From: Candidatus Moanibacter sp.
GTDB lineage: Bacteria; Verrucomicrobiota; Verrucomicrobiia; Opitutales; UBA2987
Direction: 5' to 3'
DNA length: 60,200 bases
Assembly (NCBI GenBank): GCA_965215885.1
Contig: CBDCEW010000037.1
Location: 1 to 60,200 of the forward strand
Part shown: one piece after another, positions 19,915-30,385 of the stretch
Layout: each line of letters begins with the position of its first letter
Numbering within the stretch: the stretch's first letter is position 1
Notes under the pieces: model-generated
Told to the model about the DNA's origin: nothing
Databases searched by the model: none
Seen by the model: the letters and a program-made list of their open reading frames with translations, nothing else
Made by a program: the position numbers and the translations under genes

Positions 19915-20045
19915 CCTCTCTGCTATAAGGCAGAGCCTGAAAGGCAAAGAAGAGCTTTCCCTAGAGCGCAACTGCATCTTAGTCCACGAACAGCGCTTTT
20001 GGTAAAGCTCTTCTTTGCGTTTCTCGACTCGCGTAAGCGAGTTGG
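19915..20045. repeat. About 130-bp hairpin-forming repeat, copy 2
   Basis: Similar to 9670..9801. Confidence 0.75.
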
Positions 20046-20375
20046 TCCCGCCCATCGGAATCGTCACCCACCTCGGCCAATCCTTCATGCAAATTCCTGC
20101 TTTCCTTATTCAGATTTCATTCTCGTAGTCCCATCCGCGGTTTTCCCTGGCACGGCGCAGCGCAACCCCTCGAGCGGAAAAAGATGGTTCGAATCTGCGG
20201 GTCTTCCTCTCAAATTTGCGTCCCTCTGCGGTTCCTTTCTTTCTCTCAAATTGGTTTCGGCTATGCTGCGCCAGGGGGCATCTCTCTTCTGCATCCGCGC
20301 TATCAGCGTAATCCGCGGTTAAATCCTCCTACGGAAATTCTCGTCATCCAGGAAGAATACGCCAATAAGTCCTTC

Positions 20376-22703
20376 ATGCCTATAACCCGAGAAAATCTGA
20401 GAGCCGCGCTGCCGGACACGTCGAATACGCTTCGCGTCCAAGGCACCGATGGAACGATCGAGATCTTTCGTGATTCCTTTGGCATTCCACACCTAAAAGC
20501 CGTATCCGTGAGCGACGCATTTTTCGGGCAGGGTTTTGCTACGGCCCAGGACCGGCTCTGGCACATGGATTACGACCGAATCAAGGCCCATGGTCTCTGG
20601 GCGGAATGGGTAGGCGAATCCGGAGTGGAGCAGGACAAATTAATGCGGCGCTTCCAAATTAGCGTCACGGTTGAAAACGACTATGCCGCCATCAACGACG
20701 AGGCGAGGGCTATGCTGGACGCCTACACTGCCGGGGTAAACGCCTTCATCGAGACGGCGGTTTCGCTACCCATCGAGTACGAACTCATCGGTGGAATCCC
20801 GGAGAAGTGGCAACCCCGGGACTGCCTGGCGGTTTTCAAAGTACGCCACATTCTGATGGGATCCTTCGAGGCGAAGCTGGAACGCGCGCATCTCCTGAAC
20901 GCGCTCGGGCCGGAAAAGACCGCCAGGATCACGTGCGGAACCGAACCGGGACATTTGATGATCATTCCACCCGGCGCGGAGTACGACGGACCGGTTCTCG
21001 ACGGACTGAAGGACCTTACCGAAGGACTGGAATCGCTAAGCTGGATCAAGCACGGTCAGGAGGCGGGCAGCAACAACTGGGTGCTTGGCGGAAGGCGCAC
21101 TACTTCAGGTAAACCCTTGATGGCGGGCGACCCACACCGCACCCTGGACACCCCGAATGTCTACTACCAGAACCAAATCTCCTGCCCGGATTTCGATGCC
21201 ATCGGTCTCTCCTTCCCGGGATGTCCCGGCTTCCCTCACTTCGGCCACAACGCCGACGTCGCCTGGTGTGTGACGCACGCCATGGCCGATTATCAGGACC
21301 TCTATATCGAACGATTCCGGGAAGACGACCCGACCCTCTACGAGTTCAAAGGGAAGTGGAAACAGGCGCATGTGCGGAGAGAGGTCATCGCTGTGAAAGG
21401 CGGACAGTCGTTAGAAATGGATGTGACGGTGACTCATCATGGCCCTGTCATCGCAGGCGATCCGGACAAAGGTTGCGCCATAGCCTTCAAATACACGGCC
21501 ACCGAGGAGCCCAACCGGTTTTCTGAGTGCCTCTTGCCAATGATGCGTGCCGGCTCAGCCGATGAGCTGGAAGAGTCCATGCGGGGGTGGGTAGACCCAT
21601 GCAACAACTTTCTCTTCTGCGATGTTCACGGCGACATCGGCTACCTCAACCGAGGAGAAGTGCCGATCCGCTCAATGGCCAATGCCTGGCTTCCCGTACC
21701 CGGCTGGACGGGCGAACACGAGTGGCAAGGCACGATACCATTTGAGGATCTGGCGCGGTCGCGCAACCCGGATTCGAATGCCATCGTCACCGCCAACAAC
21801 CGAATCGTGGGCACGGACTACCCTTACTATATCGGAATGAATTACGCCCCGGAATACCGCGCCCTCCGCATCACCCACCGCCTCGAATCGATCGGAAACG
21901 CCACAGTTGACGATATGGCCGCAGTCCATGCTGAGAGAGTCTCGATTCCGGCAAACGTCTACTGCGGTCTGCTTAAATACGTTGAACCCCTGGATTATCT
22001 TTCCGCCATGGCCAGAGAGAAGCTCGTCGGTTGGGACGGCTCGATGGATCCCGACGTCGTGGAGCCGACCCTCTACAGCGCTTTTCGGCTCAGACTTCAC
22101 CAGATGCTGGCCCCGCACTTCCTCGGTCCCCTGGCGGAGCAACCTTACAACCTGCCAGGGAGAGGCATTCGCAATCCAATGCGCGAAATCGAGCCCAGGC
22201 TTGTCACGATGGCCCGGGACAACGACACATCGCTTCTGCCGCCCGGAACGGACTGGAATACACTCCTGGCCCAAGCCCTGGCAGAGGGCGTTTCCGATCT
22301 GAAAGAGCGGCTGGGAGACGACCTGGACGGCTGGAAGTGGGGTAGAGTCCACCATACCAGGCCGCAGCACCCTCTATCGCCGGTCTTTCCCGATGCGGCC
22401 CCCCTCCTCAACCCGCCTTCGATCCCGCTGGGCGGCGACGGCGACACACCGCAGGCGGCGGGCTACTCTATTTACGACCCTTTCACCATCACCGGAACAT
22501 CTGTCGCACGCTACATCTTCGACCCCAGCGATTGGGACAACTCGCGCTGGATTGTTCCACTGGGAGCCTCCGGCCATCCCGGCAGTTCCCACTACGCTGA
22601 TCAGGCTTCCACCTGGAGCGAGGTCGCCACAATTCCCATGCACTACGACTGGGAACGCATCACGGCCGTTACCGAGTCTCACCAGATACTTGAGCCGAAG
22701 TAG
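20376..22703 (+). CDS. Penicillin acylase family Ntn hydrolase
   Basis: RDSFGIPH, AQDRLW, GSNNW (Ser nucleophile), DPH, GASGHPGSSHY; ATG 20376 preferred because the upstream extension runs through repeats. Confidence 0.93.
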   Translation: MPITRENLRAALPDTSNTLRVQGTDGTIEIFRDSFGIPHLKAVSVSDAFFGQGFATAQDRLWHMDYDRIKAHGLWAEWVGESGVEQDKLMRRFQISVTVENDYAAINDEARAMLDAYTAGVNAFIETAVSLPIEYELIGGIPEKWQPRDCLAVFKVRHILMGSFEAKLERAHLLNALGPEKTARITCGTEPGHLMIIPPGAEYDGPVLDGLKDLTEGLESLSWIKHGQEAGSNNWVLGGRRTTSGKPLMAGDPHRTLDTPNVYYQNQISCPDFDAIGLSFPGCPGFPHFGHNADVAWCVTHAMADYQDLYIERFREDDPTLYEFKGKWKQAHVRREVIAVKGGQSLEMDVTVTHHGPVIAGDPDKGCAIAFKYTATEEPNRFSECLLPMMRAGSADELEESMRGWVDPCNNFLFCDVHGDIGYLNRGEVPIRSMANAWLPVPGWTGEHEWQGTIPFEDLARSRNPDSNAIVTANNRIVGTDYPYYIGMNYAPEYRALRITHRLESIGNATVDDMAAVHAERVSIPANVYCGLLKYVEPLDYLSAMAREKLVGWDGSMDPDVVEPTLYSAFRLRLHQMLAPHFLGPLAEQPYNLPGRGIRNPMREIEPRLVTMARDNDTSLLPPGTDWNTLLAQALAEGVSDLKERLGDDLDGWKWGRVHHTRPQHPLSPVFPDAAPLLNPPSIPLGGDGDTPQAAGYSIYDPFTITGTSVARYIFDPSDWDNSRWIVPLGASGHPGSSHYADQASTWSEVATIPMHYDWERITAVTESHQILEPK

Positions 22704-22872
22704 GCCCATGGTGTTCAGTGATCAGTGTAATTTGAAAAGACAAACCATCCGAGAGCATTAGCAACTTTCAGTTAAATCGAAGCTGGTCGGGGACACCGAC
22801 GAATGCCCGGAATAGTAGCGCGAACCTCACTAACCGGCCTATTTCACAAAATAAGCGGGCTATGGCCTGCCT

Positions 22873-22968
22873 CTGTCATCGCGAGCCGACACCAGGGAGG
22901 CGTGGCGATCCAGAGTTAAAGAAGACCGAACGCGTGGATTGCTTCGTCATTCTTCCTCGCAATGACAG
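22873..22968. repeat. REP/REPIN-like palindrome
   Basis: ctgtcatcgcgag ... ctcgcaatgacag terminal IR with inner gcgatcca/tggattgc arms. Confidence 0.7.
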
Positions 22969-23197
22969 TGCATCTCAAGATCCGGTTTCATTTTCTTCAA
23001 AGGAATCTGTCGGACCCTTAGTCCGACAGATTCCTAGCGGCATGATTCTCTCGCTGATAGGCTAACGGCTTTCAGGTTGAGGATTTCAGAGTTTTTTGAT
23101 CGACGCTGGGTTGATGGTGGAACGCATCAGAACCGATTTCGAGTCTCACCTTATGCTCGCTTGACGATCTCGAGCGCTTCGTGTTAAAAATCGACTC

Positions 23198-23788
23198 ATG
23201 CTAAAAACGGAAGATCGAGTTTTAGCCACCAATTATCGCTTCACTCGTGAGCAATATCATGAGATGGCGAAGTCGGGAATCCTGCACGAGGATGATCGTG
23301 TTGAGCTCCTTGAGGGAAGGGTAGTTGTGATGTCACCGATCGGTAAGAGACACGCTTTCGTAGTAAGAAGGTTAAACAATCTATTAGCGCAACGATTAAG
23401 TGGTCGGGCTTTAGTGGATCCACAGAACCCATTGGCGCTTGGAGAAGAAGGTGAACCGGAACCGGATTTGATGATTCTAAAGGCTCATCCATCCGATTAT
23501 GCCGATCGGCTTCCCGGGCCGGACGATGTCCTCCTACTTATCGAGGTGGCCGATTCCTCGGTTGACGCTGACAAAGAGGTCAAAATTCCCCTTTACGCGA
23601 AATACGCCGTTCCAGAAGTCTGGCTCATCGATCTCAGCGAGGAAATCGTCGAGGTATACACGCATCCCACTCAGTCTGGTTACAGCCGTACAAAACGCCT
23701 CCATTCCGATGACGAATTAACCGTCAGCGAATTTTCCGATATCGTAATCGATGTCGGATTTCTGTTTGGATCGACGCAAGCGTCTTAG
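23198..23788 (+). CDS. Uma2-family (DUF820) endonuclease
   Basis: RVELLEG, EPEPDL, LLIEVADSS, K..LYA...VPEVWLID; TTGACG-N18-TAAAAA ends 7 nt before ATG, possibly leaderless. Confidence 0.92.
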   Translation: MLKTEDRVLATNYRFTREQYHEMAKSGILHEDDRVELLEGRVVVMSPIGKRHAFVVRRLNNLLAQRLSGRALVDPQNPLALGEEGEPEPDLMILKAHPSDYADRLPGPDDVLLLIEVADSSVDADKEVKIPLYAKYAVPEVWLIDLSEEIVEVYTHPTQSGYSRTKRLHSDDELTVSEFSDIVIDVGFLFGSTQAS

Positions 23789-23926
23789 GACTCAAATCCG
23801 CAAAGATCCTGATTCGCTAACAGTTTCTCAACCGGTATCTGCGCGTATCCGTTTCGACCTTCGAAGCAGGATCTTGATTTCTGATAGTTCGCGAATACGG
23901 ATTTCGACCGGGATACGCCTTTGGTT

Positions 23927-24619
23927 TCAGCGAGTACCTCTTCTCCTTGTTCTAGGTCTACTTCGCAGTCTTTTGGCAGTTTTGCTTCTTCGGACCAGCC
24001 ATTTAAAAGCACCCAATGGAACAAAGTCTTTATTGCTCATCTTGGCTCGTTTCGTCGGTTTAGTCTTCTTAATCAGGTCGAATGTCAGCAGACCAGCTCT
24101 TGCCACACCCGCTTTTTTTGCCAAGCCCGGCTTTACCCTCGCACAGAGCGTGTTTATTTTAAAAGCACGTTTGTTGTAGCGCCTCCCATAATATCTAAGC
24201 AAGTATCTGTATCTTTTGTTTACGTAGCCTACTGCGGTCTCGAGCGAAACTCCCTTCTTTGAGAATACAGCCCAAAATAGAAATGCCAGATATTTTGCCA
24301 GGTCATCCGGCACTTCATTAGTAAATCCAATGCATAACTTCGTGCACGCGGCTATAAACACTCGAATTAATTGAGCACTATCACAAGCTGCCAGAAAAAC
24401 CATTCCCGGCGCTCCCCTTCCTTTTTTGGCTGAATCATAAAGATGCAAATCTTGTACATAGTCGTCGTCGTCTGTGCTATATAATCCAATTGCACCATCG
24501 ACCCCCAAAGATCCTCCATACTTGCTATGCCCTACAAATGTCCAAATGTCATTCGGGCCAAGCCTCTCAAGAAGACTCATAATCGCTTTTTTCGTTGGAT
24601 TTCGGGTCGTTACTAGCTT
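23927..24619 (-). pseudogene. 5'-truncated gene with a caspase/CHAT-like His-Cys motif pair
   Basis: WTFVGHS and VFLAACDS; the listed start (24652) lies inside the IS. Confidence 0.5.
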
Positions 24620-26536
24620 GACCTTATCCGAAAAGCTACTGATTGGCCGCAAAGAGGCGCAAAAGGCGCAAGAAAAACTTGAGAAAAATCATTTTTTGGC
24701 TTGATAAAAAGTGTCGCAACATGCTAGTGTTTAACAACTTAAGATTAAGAAAGGAGTTAAACATGCCAACATGTGCGACAGAGGAGAACAAAAGCGATAA
24801 GACGCCCCTTAGCAACCTCATTCTGCCGGTTCCAGACACGGATTTCCGTGATTTTCTGGATGAAGTTGAAGAATTGGCCGGGTTCGCGCCGCAAATCATC
24901 GAGGCGATCGAGAAGGATCTGGACGCCCATGCGCGTGAGAAGAAGAAACTTCGATTGGAAGATCGAAGGTTCTTTGAAGGGCGCACAGCGGAGCTGCCGG
25001 AGCTGGACATCGAGGAGGAGAATATTCTGGCTGCTGAATTGAATCTTGGGGCAGGCCGGCCGCGGATGCCGGCTTATGCGGTATACGTGTTCGTGATGCT
25101 TCGAGGGTTTCTGGGTTCGTTGACCACGAAACCGGCACGGCGGTTTGTGCGCGAGTCGATGAGCTTGTACGGATTTTTGCAGAGCGGGGGACTGAGAATG
25201 CCGGCGGTGACGACGATTCTGGAGAACGTGAACCTGGTCAGCCATAGGACCCGCGAGTTGATCTTTGATAAACAGATTGGGTTTATCCTCCAGGAGCAAT
25301 GGGACGATTTCGGGAAGCTGACGATCGACAGCACCTCGGTGAAAGCAAACAGCTGCTGGCCCACCGATGGGAAGATTCTGAGCGGTCTTTTGATGCGGGC
25401 CAATCGTTTGGGTCAGAAGTTGCATGTCTTCGGGCTGGAGGATTTTCGCAAGGGATGGGTTGGGCGTTGGCTGGAGGAAATGGACAAGCTGGAGTTTCAG
25501 ATTTGTCTGGCCGCGGGCAAACCGAAGTCGAAGGGCAAGCTGAAGAAACACTACCGGCGGTTGCTCAAGCGGGGCCGCAAGGCGGCCGACTCACTAACGG
25601 GGGAACTGAGCCATCTTGAAGAGGGCCTGTCGATGGATTCACTGCCTCCCACTCGCCGGGAGCTTCTGGAGCGGGCATTGAGCCAGATCAGGGGCGATAT
25701 TGCCGACGCCAAGCGGGTTGTTGAGTATGCTCATGATCGGGTGTTTCACGAAAAGAAGCTACCGTCCACACAGAAGGTCCTGAGCCTCTCGGACGGATCG
25801 GCGGCCTACATCAAGAAGGGCAGCCGCAATCCAGTGATCGGGTACAAGCCACAACTGGTTCGCAGCGAAAACGGTTTTGTCACCAGCCTGATCGTACCGC
25901 AAGGCAACGCGGCAGACTCCATTGAGCTGGCGCCGGCCATCGGCGATTCGATCAAGCGCACCGGTGTCATTGCTGAACTGGTCAGCACCGATGACGGATA
26001 TGCTTCGGCGAAGGGACGCAAGGAGGTGCTGAGCATGGGGGTAAAGCAGATCAGTATCAGTGGGGCGAAGGGCAAGAAGTTGACCACCCCCGAGGACTGG
26101 GAGAGCGAGGCGTATCGCGAGGCACGCCGCGATCGCTCCGCAGTGGAGTCGCTGATGTTCACGATTAAAGATGGATTTGCCTTTGGCGAACTCGGCCGCC
26201 GCGGCATCGATGCGGTAGGCGATGAACTGCTCGAGAAGGTTCTGGCCTACAACTTCTGCCGCATCATACTGATGAAGAAACGCCGAGGGGAGGAACTGGA
26301 ACAGGCAGCCTGAATCTGACCGCTTTGAAGCTCAGAGAAAAAAGCACCACGGGATGAGTATGCCTCCAGACAGCGGCAAATATACGTATTGTGCAGCAAG
26401 CCACGCCGATGGCCGCTCAATACCTGCTCATCGGCAGCGCCGGCAGCCTAAAACCCGAAACCTGCCAGCCATAGGCTGGTCCGCCCGTGGCGGAGAACCT
26501 TAAACCGCCCGCTCGAAAGGCTTTTCGAATGGGGTC
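24620..26536 (+). mobile_element. ISNCY/IS5-like IS, copy 2 (intact, non-matching flanks)
   Basis: Same IRs as copy 1; flanks TAGCTT / TACGTA. Confidence 0.92.
24763..26313 (+). CDS. ISNCY/IS5-like DDE transposase
   Basis: AAGGAG RBS before ATG 24763; GRPRM, IDSTSVKANSCWPTD, STDDGYAS, RSAVESLM. Confidence 0.88.
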   Translation: MPTCATEENKSDKTPLSNLILPVPDTDFRDFLDEVEELAGFAPQIIEAIEKDLDAHAREKKKLRLEDRRFFEGRTAELPELDIEEENILAAELNLGAGRPRMPAYAVYVFVMLRGFLGSLTTKPARRFVRESMSLYGFLQSGGLRMPAVTTILENVNLVSHRTRELIFDKQIGFILQEQWDDFGKLTIDSTSVKANSCWPTDGKILSGLLMRANRLGQKLHVFGLEDFRKGWVGRWLEEMDKLEFQICLAAGKPKSKGKLKKHYRRLLKRGRKAADSLTGELSHLEEGLSMDSLPPTRRELLERALSQIRGDIADAKRVVEYAHDRVFHEKKLPSTQKVLSLSDGSAAYIKKGSRNPVIGYKPQLVRSENGFVTSLIVPQGNAADSIELAPAIGDSIKRTGVIAELVSTDDGYASAKGRKEVLSMGVKQISISGAKGKKLTTPEDWESEAYREARRDRSAVESLMFTIKDGFAFGELGRRGIDAVGDELLEKVLAYNFCRIILMKKRRGEELEQAA

Positions 26537-28136
26537 TACGTAGTAAGAGCGTTCAGAGGAAGGTTCAGCTTTGTTTGGATAATGGAAGGTGCGTTGCACA
26601 CAGGCGAACTGGCGGGCATGGGGCAGGCCGGCAGAGGGAGCGCTTAGAGAATGGGTTGCTATTTGACGTATTTCGAGTCGCCCATGGTCATTGTCCACGG
26701 TTTGGTGGAGAAAAAGGGGGTGGAGCTGAAGAGATTCTGAGCGTATTGATGCATGTTGGGCTGATTGTCTTTAATTTGAATAACATAGTCAGCACTGAGT
26801 TCTTCGACGACGATGTGGGCAGTTTCTTTTTGATTATGCATGGCGTCGAAGGTGAAGGTGGAGCCGTCCAAAATGGGCATCTTTCGCAAGAGAGTCTGGG
26901 CGGCGGTGATCTCGTTGGATTTATCGGCGGTAGCGACTTGGGCTAAGGTTTGAGCGCTTTGGTGATCGACTGCGGCCACCAGGTGCAGAGCCTTTGATCC
27001 TTCGGTGTTTGTGCCTTTGAGGGTCTTGCCGTCGACGGCAATATCGCGGGGCAAACAGCCGTCTTGTAAGCAGATGAATTCGGTGAGGGTTTTATCGAAG
27101 AGCTCGGCCTTTACGTTTTGCAAGACCCGATAGAAGACATCATAGCAAGGGGCCTTATAGCGGCCTGTTTTGGGGTTTTTCCAGGAGCGTAAGGCGCGCA
27201 ATTGGGCTTGATTGAGATGATGGGCCAGGCGCACGATGCCCTTGAGGGTCTGTTTGCCGCACATCGTGCCGAGCACAATCATGCTCAGGACCGCGGCGAG
27301 CCGATATCTAAGGCCCGCTTTACGACGGAAGTCTTCTATCTGATTGAAGCGTTCCCACAGGCTGCTCATCTGTTCCACTTTGAGGCAGACCGCATGGGAG
27401 TTATCGGTTTCATTGAGCGCCTGGCTCTGTGCCGCGGGCAATGGCCCTGAAGCGCGCAAAAGCTCAAGGGCATTAGCCTTGAGGGGTTTGACCCAGATCT
27501 GCTTGGGACGCTCATGGCGTTGATAGAAATCTTCGCGTTGGCGGCCATATCCCGCGCTCAAGCCCAAGGGCGTCCACCCGCTCGCTTCGTAGCAAGTGCC
27601 CCGGTGAATCTGTGGGTCCACGAACGTTTCCGCTACTAAGGGACGATAGCCAAAAGCCTCCTGCCAGTGATCGGCTAAGACTCTCAGGCACATACCCAAC
27701 GTCTTGGAGGCCAAATTTGCAAGATCCACCCCGGGCAAAATCAGAAAACGCCGGTTCTGTACTACCAGTTTCAATCGTGCATGCCGTTGCGCCCCGTCCC
27801 ACCCGATCCATTCGTCTCGATCCTTCAGCCGGTAGGATGCGGCCCCCCACAAGAGCAGGCCCATCCATTGCCCGTCGATCTGCGCCACATAGCGCAGGGT
27901 CTCTCCTGCGCTGCCCGCACTGTGTAAATAATGATGTTGTTTCAATAGATCATTGAATCGCTCCTGCTCTTCGGGCAGGACCAGACGCAGAGTTAAACGA
28001 TCTATCGAAGGATTCAGTTGGTAAGATTTTTTGTCTTTCATCCCATCTTAACATGACTGATTCCCTCGGGGTTGTTTAGCTCTTTTTTTATCTTCTTGCT
28101 TATCAGCTAGTTGCTTCCTGGAATCCTTTTACCCTG
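26537..28136 (-). mobile_element. DUF4338-ISAs1 copy 2, 3'-truncated by the ISNCY copy
   Basis: Identity to copy 1 stops at ...cttactacgta exactly at the ISNCY right end. Confidence 0.9.
26659..28041 (-). CDS. ISAs1 transposase ORF-A with DUF4338-like domain
   Basis: HHYL, LRYVA, RDEWIGW, RFLILP, ETFVD, GTCY then DFRR..G.RY, IAVDGKT, KSNEI. Confidence 0.88.
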   Translation of the reverse strand: MKDKKSYQLNPSIDRLTLRLVLPEEQERFNDLLKQHHYLHSAGSAGETLRYVAQIDGQWMGLLLWGAASYRLKDRDEWIGWDGAQRHARLKLVVQNRRFLILPGVDLANLASKTLGMCLRVLADHWQEAFGYRPLVAETFVDPQIHRGTCYEASGWTPLGLSAGYGRQREDFYQRHERPKQIWVKPLKANALELLRASGPLPAAQSQALNETDNSHAVCLKVEQMSSLWERFNQIEDFRRKAGLRYRLAAVLSMIVLGTMCGKQTLKGIVRLAHHLNQAQLRALRSWKNPKTGRYKAPCYDVFYRVLQNVKAELFDKTLTEFICLQDGCLPRDIAVDGKTLKGTNTEGSKALHLVAAVDHQSAQTLAQVATADKSNEITAAQTLLRKMPILDGSTFTFDAMHNQKETAHIVVEELSADYVIQIKDNQPNMHQYAQNLFSSTPFFSTKPWTMTMGDSKYVK

Positions 28137-28183
28137 CAGGAAGCAAAGCGCTTCGTCCTGAAACGACGGCTACTTTTCGCTTA

Positions 28184-29563
28184 GTGGCCTTTAATCAAGA
28201 CGGGGCAAAAACCGAGAGAACACTCACGGTTACTGTACTTGCGCGGGAGCCCCAGATTGTTTTTTTCAGGGCCGATCTTGACACGATCCGCCGCGGCAAG
28301 TCGACGACCCTTACGTGGCAAACGCGGAATGCTACTCGGGTGACGCTAGAGGAAAGGGGGAGAGGAGCACCATTCGATGTCTCGGTTGGCTCAGGAAAGA
28401 GGTCGTTTCGTCCTGAAAACACGACCACATACCGTCTAGTGGCCCTTAATGAAGACCATGAAAAAATCGAGAGATCGGTCATGGTTACCGTGACCGCGCC
28501 GTTGCTCCCCAAGATTGTTTCCTTCAGAGCCTCCCCGGAGAGAATGACTCGCCCAGGATTAACTCAGCTTAGGTGGGAGACCCAGAACGCCATGCTGGTG
28601 GCCGTATGGAACGCTTCTACGAACAAAAAATTGACTGAGTCACGTAATTCAATGGGAAAGTGGGGGGTGGATACAGCCAAGAACACGACCTACCGACTGG
28701 AGGCCTTTAATGCGACAGGTCAAAAGGCTGAGGCTACGGTGAAGGTTTGGGTGATCGAGCCAGAACCTGACAAGAAGCAACTAAGAGGGGTATACACGAT
28801 CCAGCAGAAGAGCAATGGACGGTACATTGATGCGCATGGAGACTCGGGGCATGATTACGATCTGGTCACCCGGCCAGTGCAGAACAACGACACGCAGAGA
28901 TGGATCGTGAAGCCTTTGGGCAACAATACCTACACGATCCAGCAGAAGAGCAATGGACGGTACGTGGATGCGCATGGAGACTCGGGGCATGATTATGCCC
29001 TGGTCACCCGGCCCGCGCTAAACAACGACACGCAGAGATGGATCCTGAAGCCCTTGGGTAACAGTATCTACACCATCCAGCAAAAGAGCAACGGTCGGTA
29101 CGTGGATGCGCATGAAGACTCGGGACATGATTATGCTCTGGCGACCCGGACCGCGCAAAACAACGACACACAGCGTTGGCTGATCAGGGCGGTCGGCCCG
29201 GCCCCGCAAGCACAGCAGCTCAAGTTGCTGCAGCTGCAAAGCAACGCGAGCGAGCGGTGCACGAGGGCGGTCCAGGGCAAGATCGCTTGGAACTACGAGG
29301 GCAACACTTCGTGGGCCGACGCCAACCTGCAACGGCTTTGCAGGGGCGCTACGTCGGCGGAGCCGGCGAAGTGCTTCGAGCGCGTTATGCACGGGGGTAT
29401 CAACTGGGGCGGCAGCACGCGTTGGCAATGGCGCAATGCCATCGACCTGTGCGAGGGTTCGACCGACGCCGGCAGAACCGTGCGTTGCTTTCAGGAGAAA
29501 ATTGCCAAGGGCCACGACTGGCAGCAGGCCACCGCCGCCTGTGACGAGCGGAGCGCTCATTGA
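28184..29563 (+). pseudogene. 5'-truncated extracellular protein: Ig-like repeats, ricin-B-type beta-trefoil, Cys-rich C-terminal domain
   Basis: Repeated TLTW.T.NA...TTYRL.A.N units; three 46-aa repeats YTIQQKSNGRY.DAH...NNDTQRW (138-nt period); begins at the ISAs1 end with no signal peptide. Confidence 0.75.
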
Positions 29564-30127
29564 AGATTTTGATATAAATGGGCGTGTTGATGGTGTAGCT
29601 GTTTATCGCCCATCGGAGAAGAAATGGTATTATTACTACGACCACGACGGGCAAACGGATGAAAGCACCACTGGGACATGGGGTCTTTAAGGAGTTCATT
29701 TACTGTCCAAAATAGCTCATGAGCGGATACGGCTTAAAATTGGACCCGTTTCTGGTAAGATCAATTTGTAAGCACCAAAATACGAACTCAAAGTAAACGG
29801 TTGGTTAACTACCTTGTTGAACAAGGTGGGCTGGAGCCAGCTCACGGATGACCGTTAGGAATGCTGAAGGGTAAAAGGAGTCATGTCTATCTTTTTGATA
29901 TCTTTCTCGAAATTCTCCGATAGAGGGCACATCTTCTCCGGTTTTTTTGCTTCAGACCCGCTCTGCCGATTCTCAGGGACATATAAGATCTTGGATCAGG
30001 CCCACATGTGTTCAAGCATATTCTCATAGCGTGTCGCCGAAAGATACAATCTGTCGCTCAACGATAACGTTCGAGAGATGCATGACACCCTTTTTCTCAG
30101 ATGATATAAGGCAATCCCTTTCAACCA

Positions 30128-30385
30128 ATGCCTAAAAAACTCGCCATAGCTGTCATTCACGGCATGGGCTGCCAGGGCCGAGACTTCGCCGATTCAATGA
30201 GGGATGACATTCTCGGCTATCCCCTCAAACCTATCAATCCCGCATACAGGAGAGTCGTCAGCCGCGACATCACTATCAACGTCGGCGGTATCCTCTCCAG
30301 CTGGAACCCCGCCTCCCATACGAAATACTGGACCGATAACGATTTTACTGTGCCGGCCGCAGAATTCGTGGGAAGATTGCTATGA
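30128..30385 (+). pseudogene. Internally deleted alpha/beta-hydrolase-like gene
   Basis: IAVIHGMG joined directly to DDILGYPL...SHTKYW with no nucleophile region; 85 aa. Confidence 0.55.
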
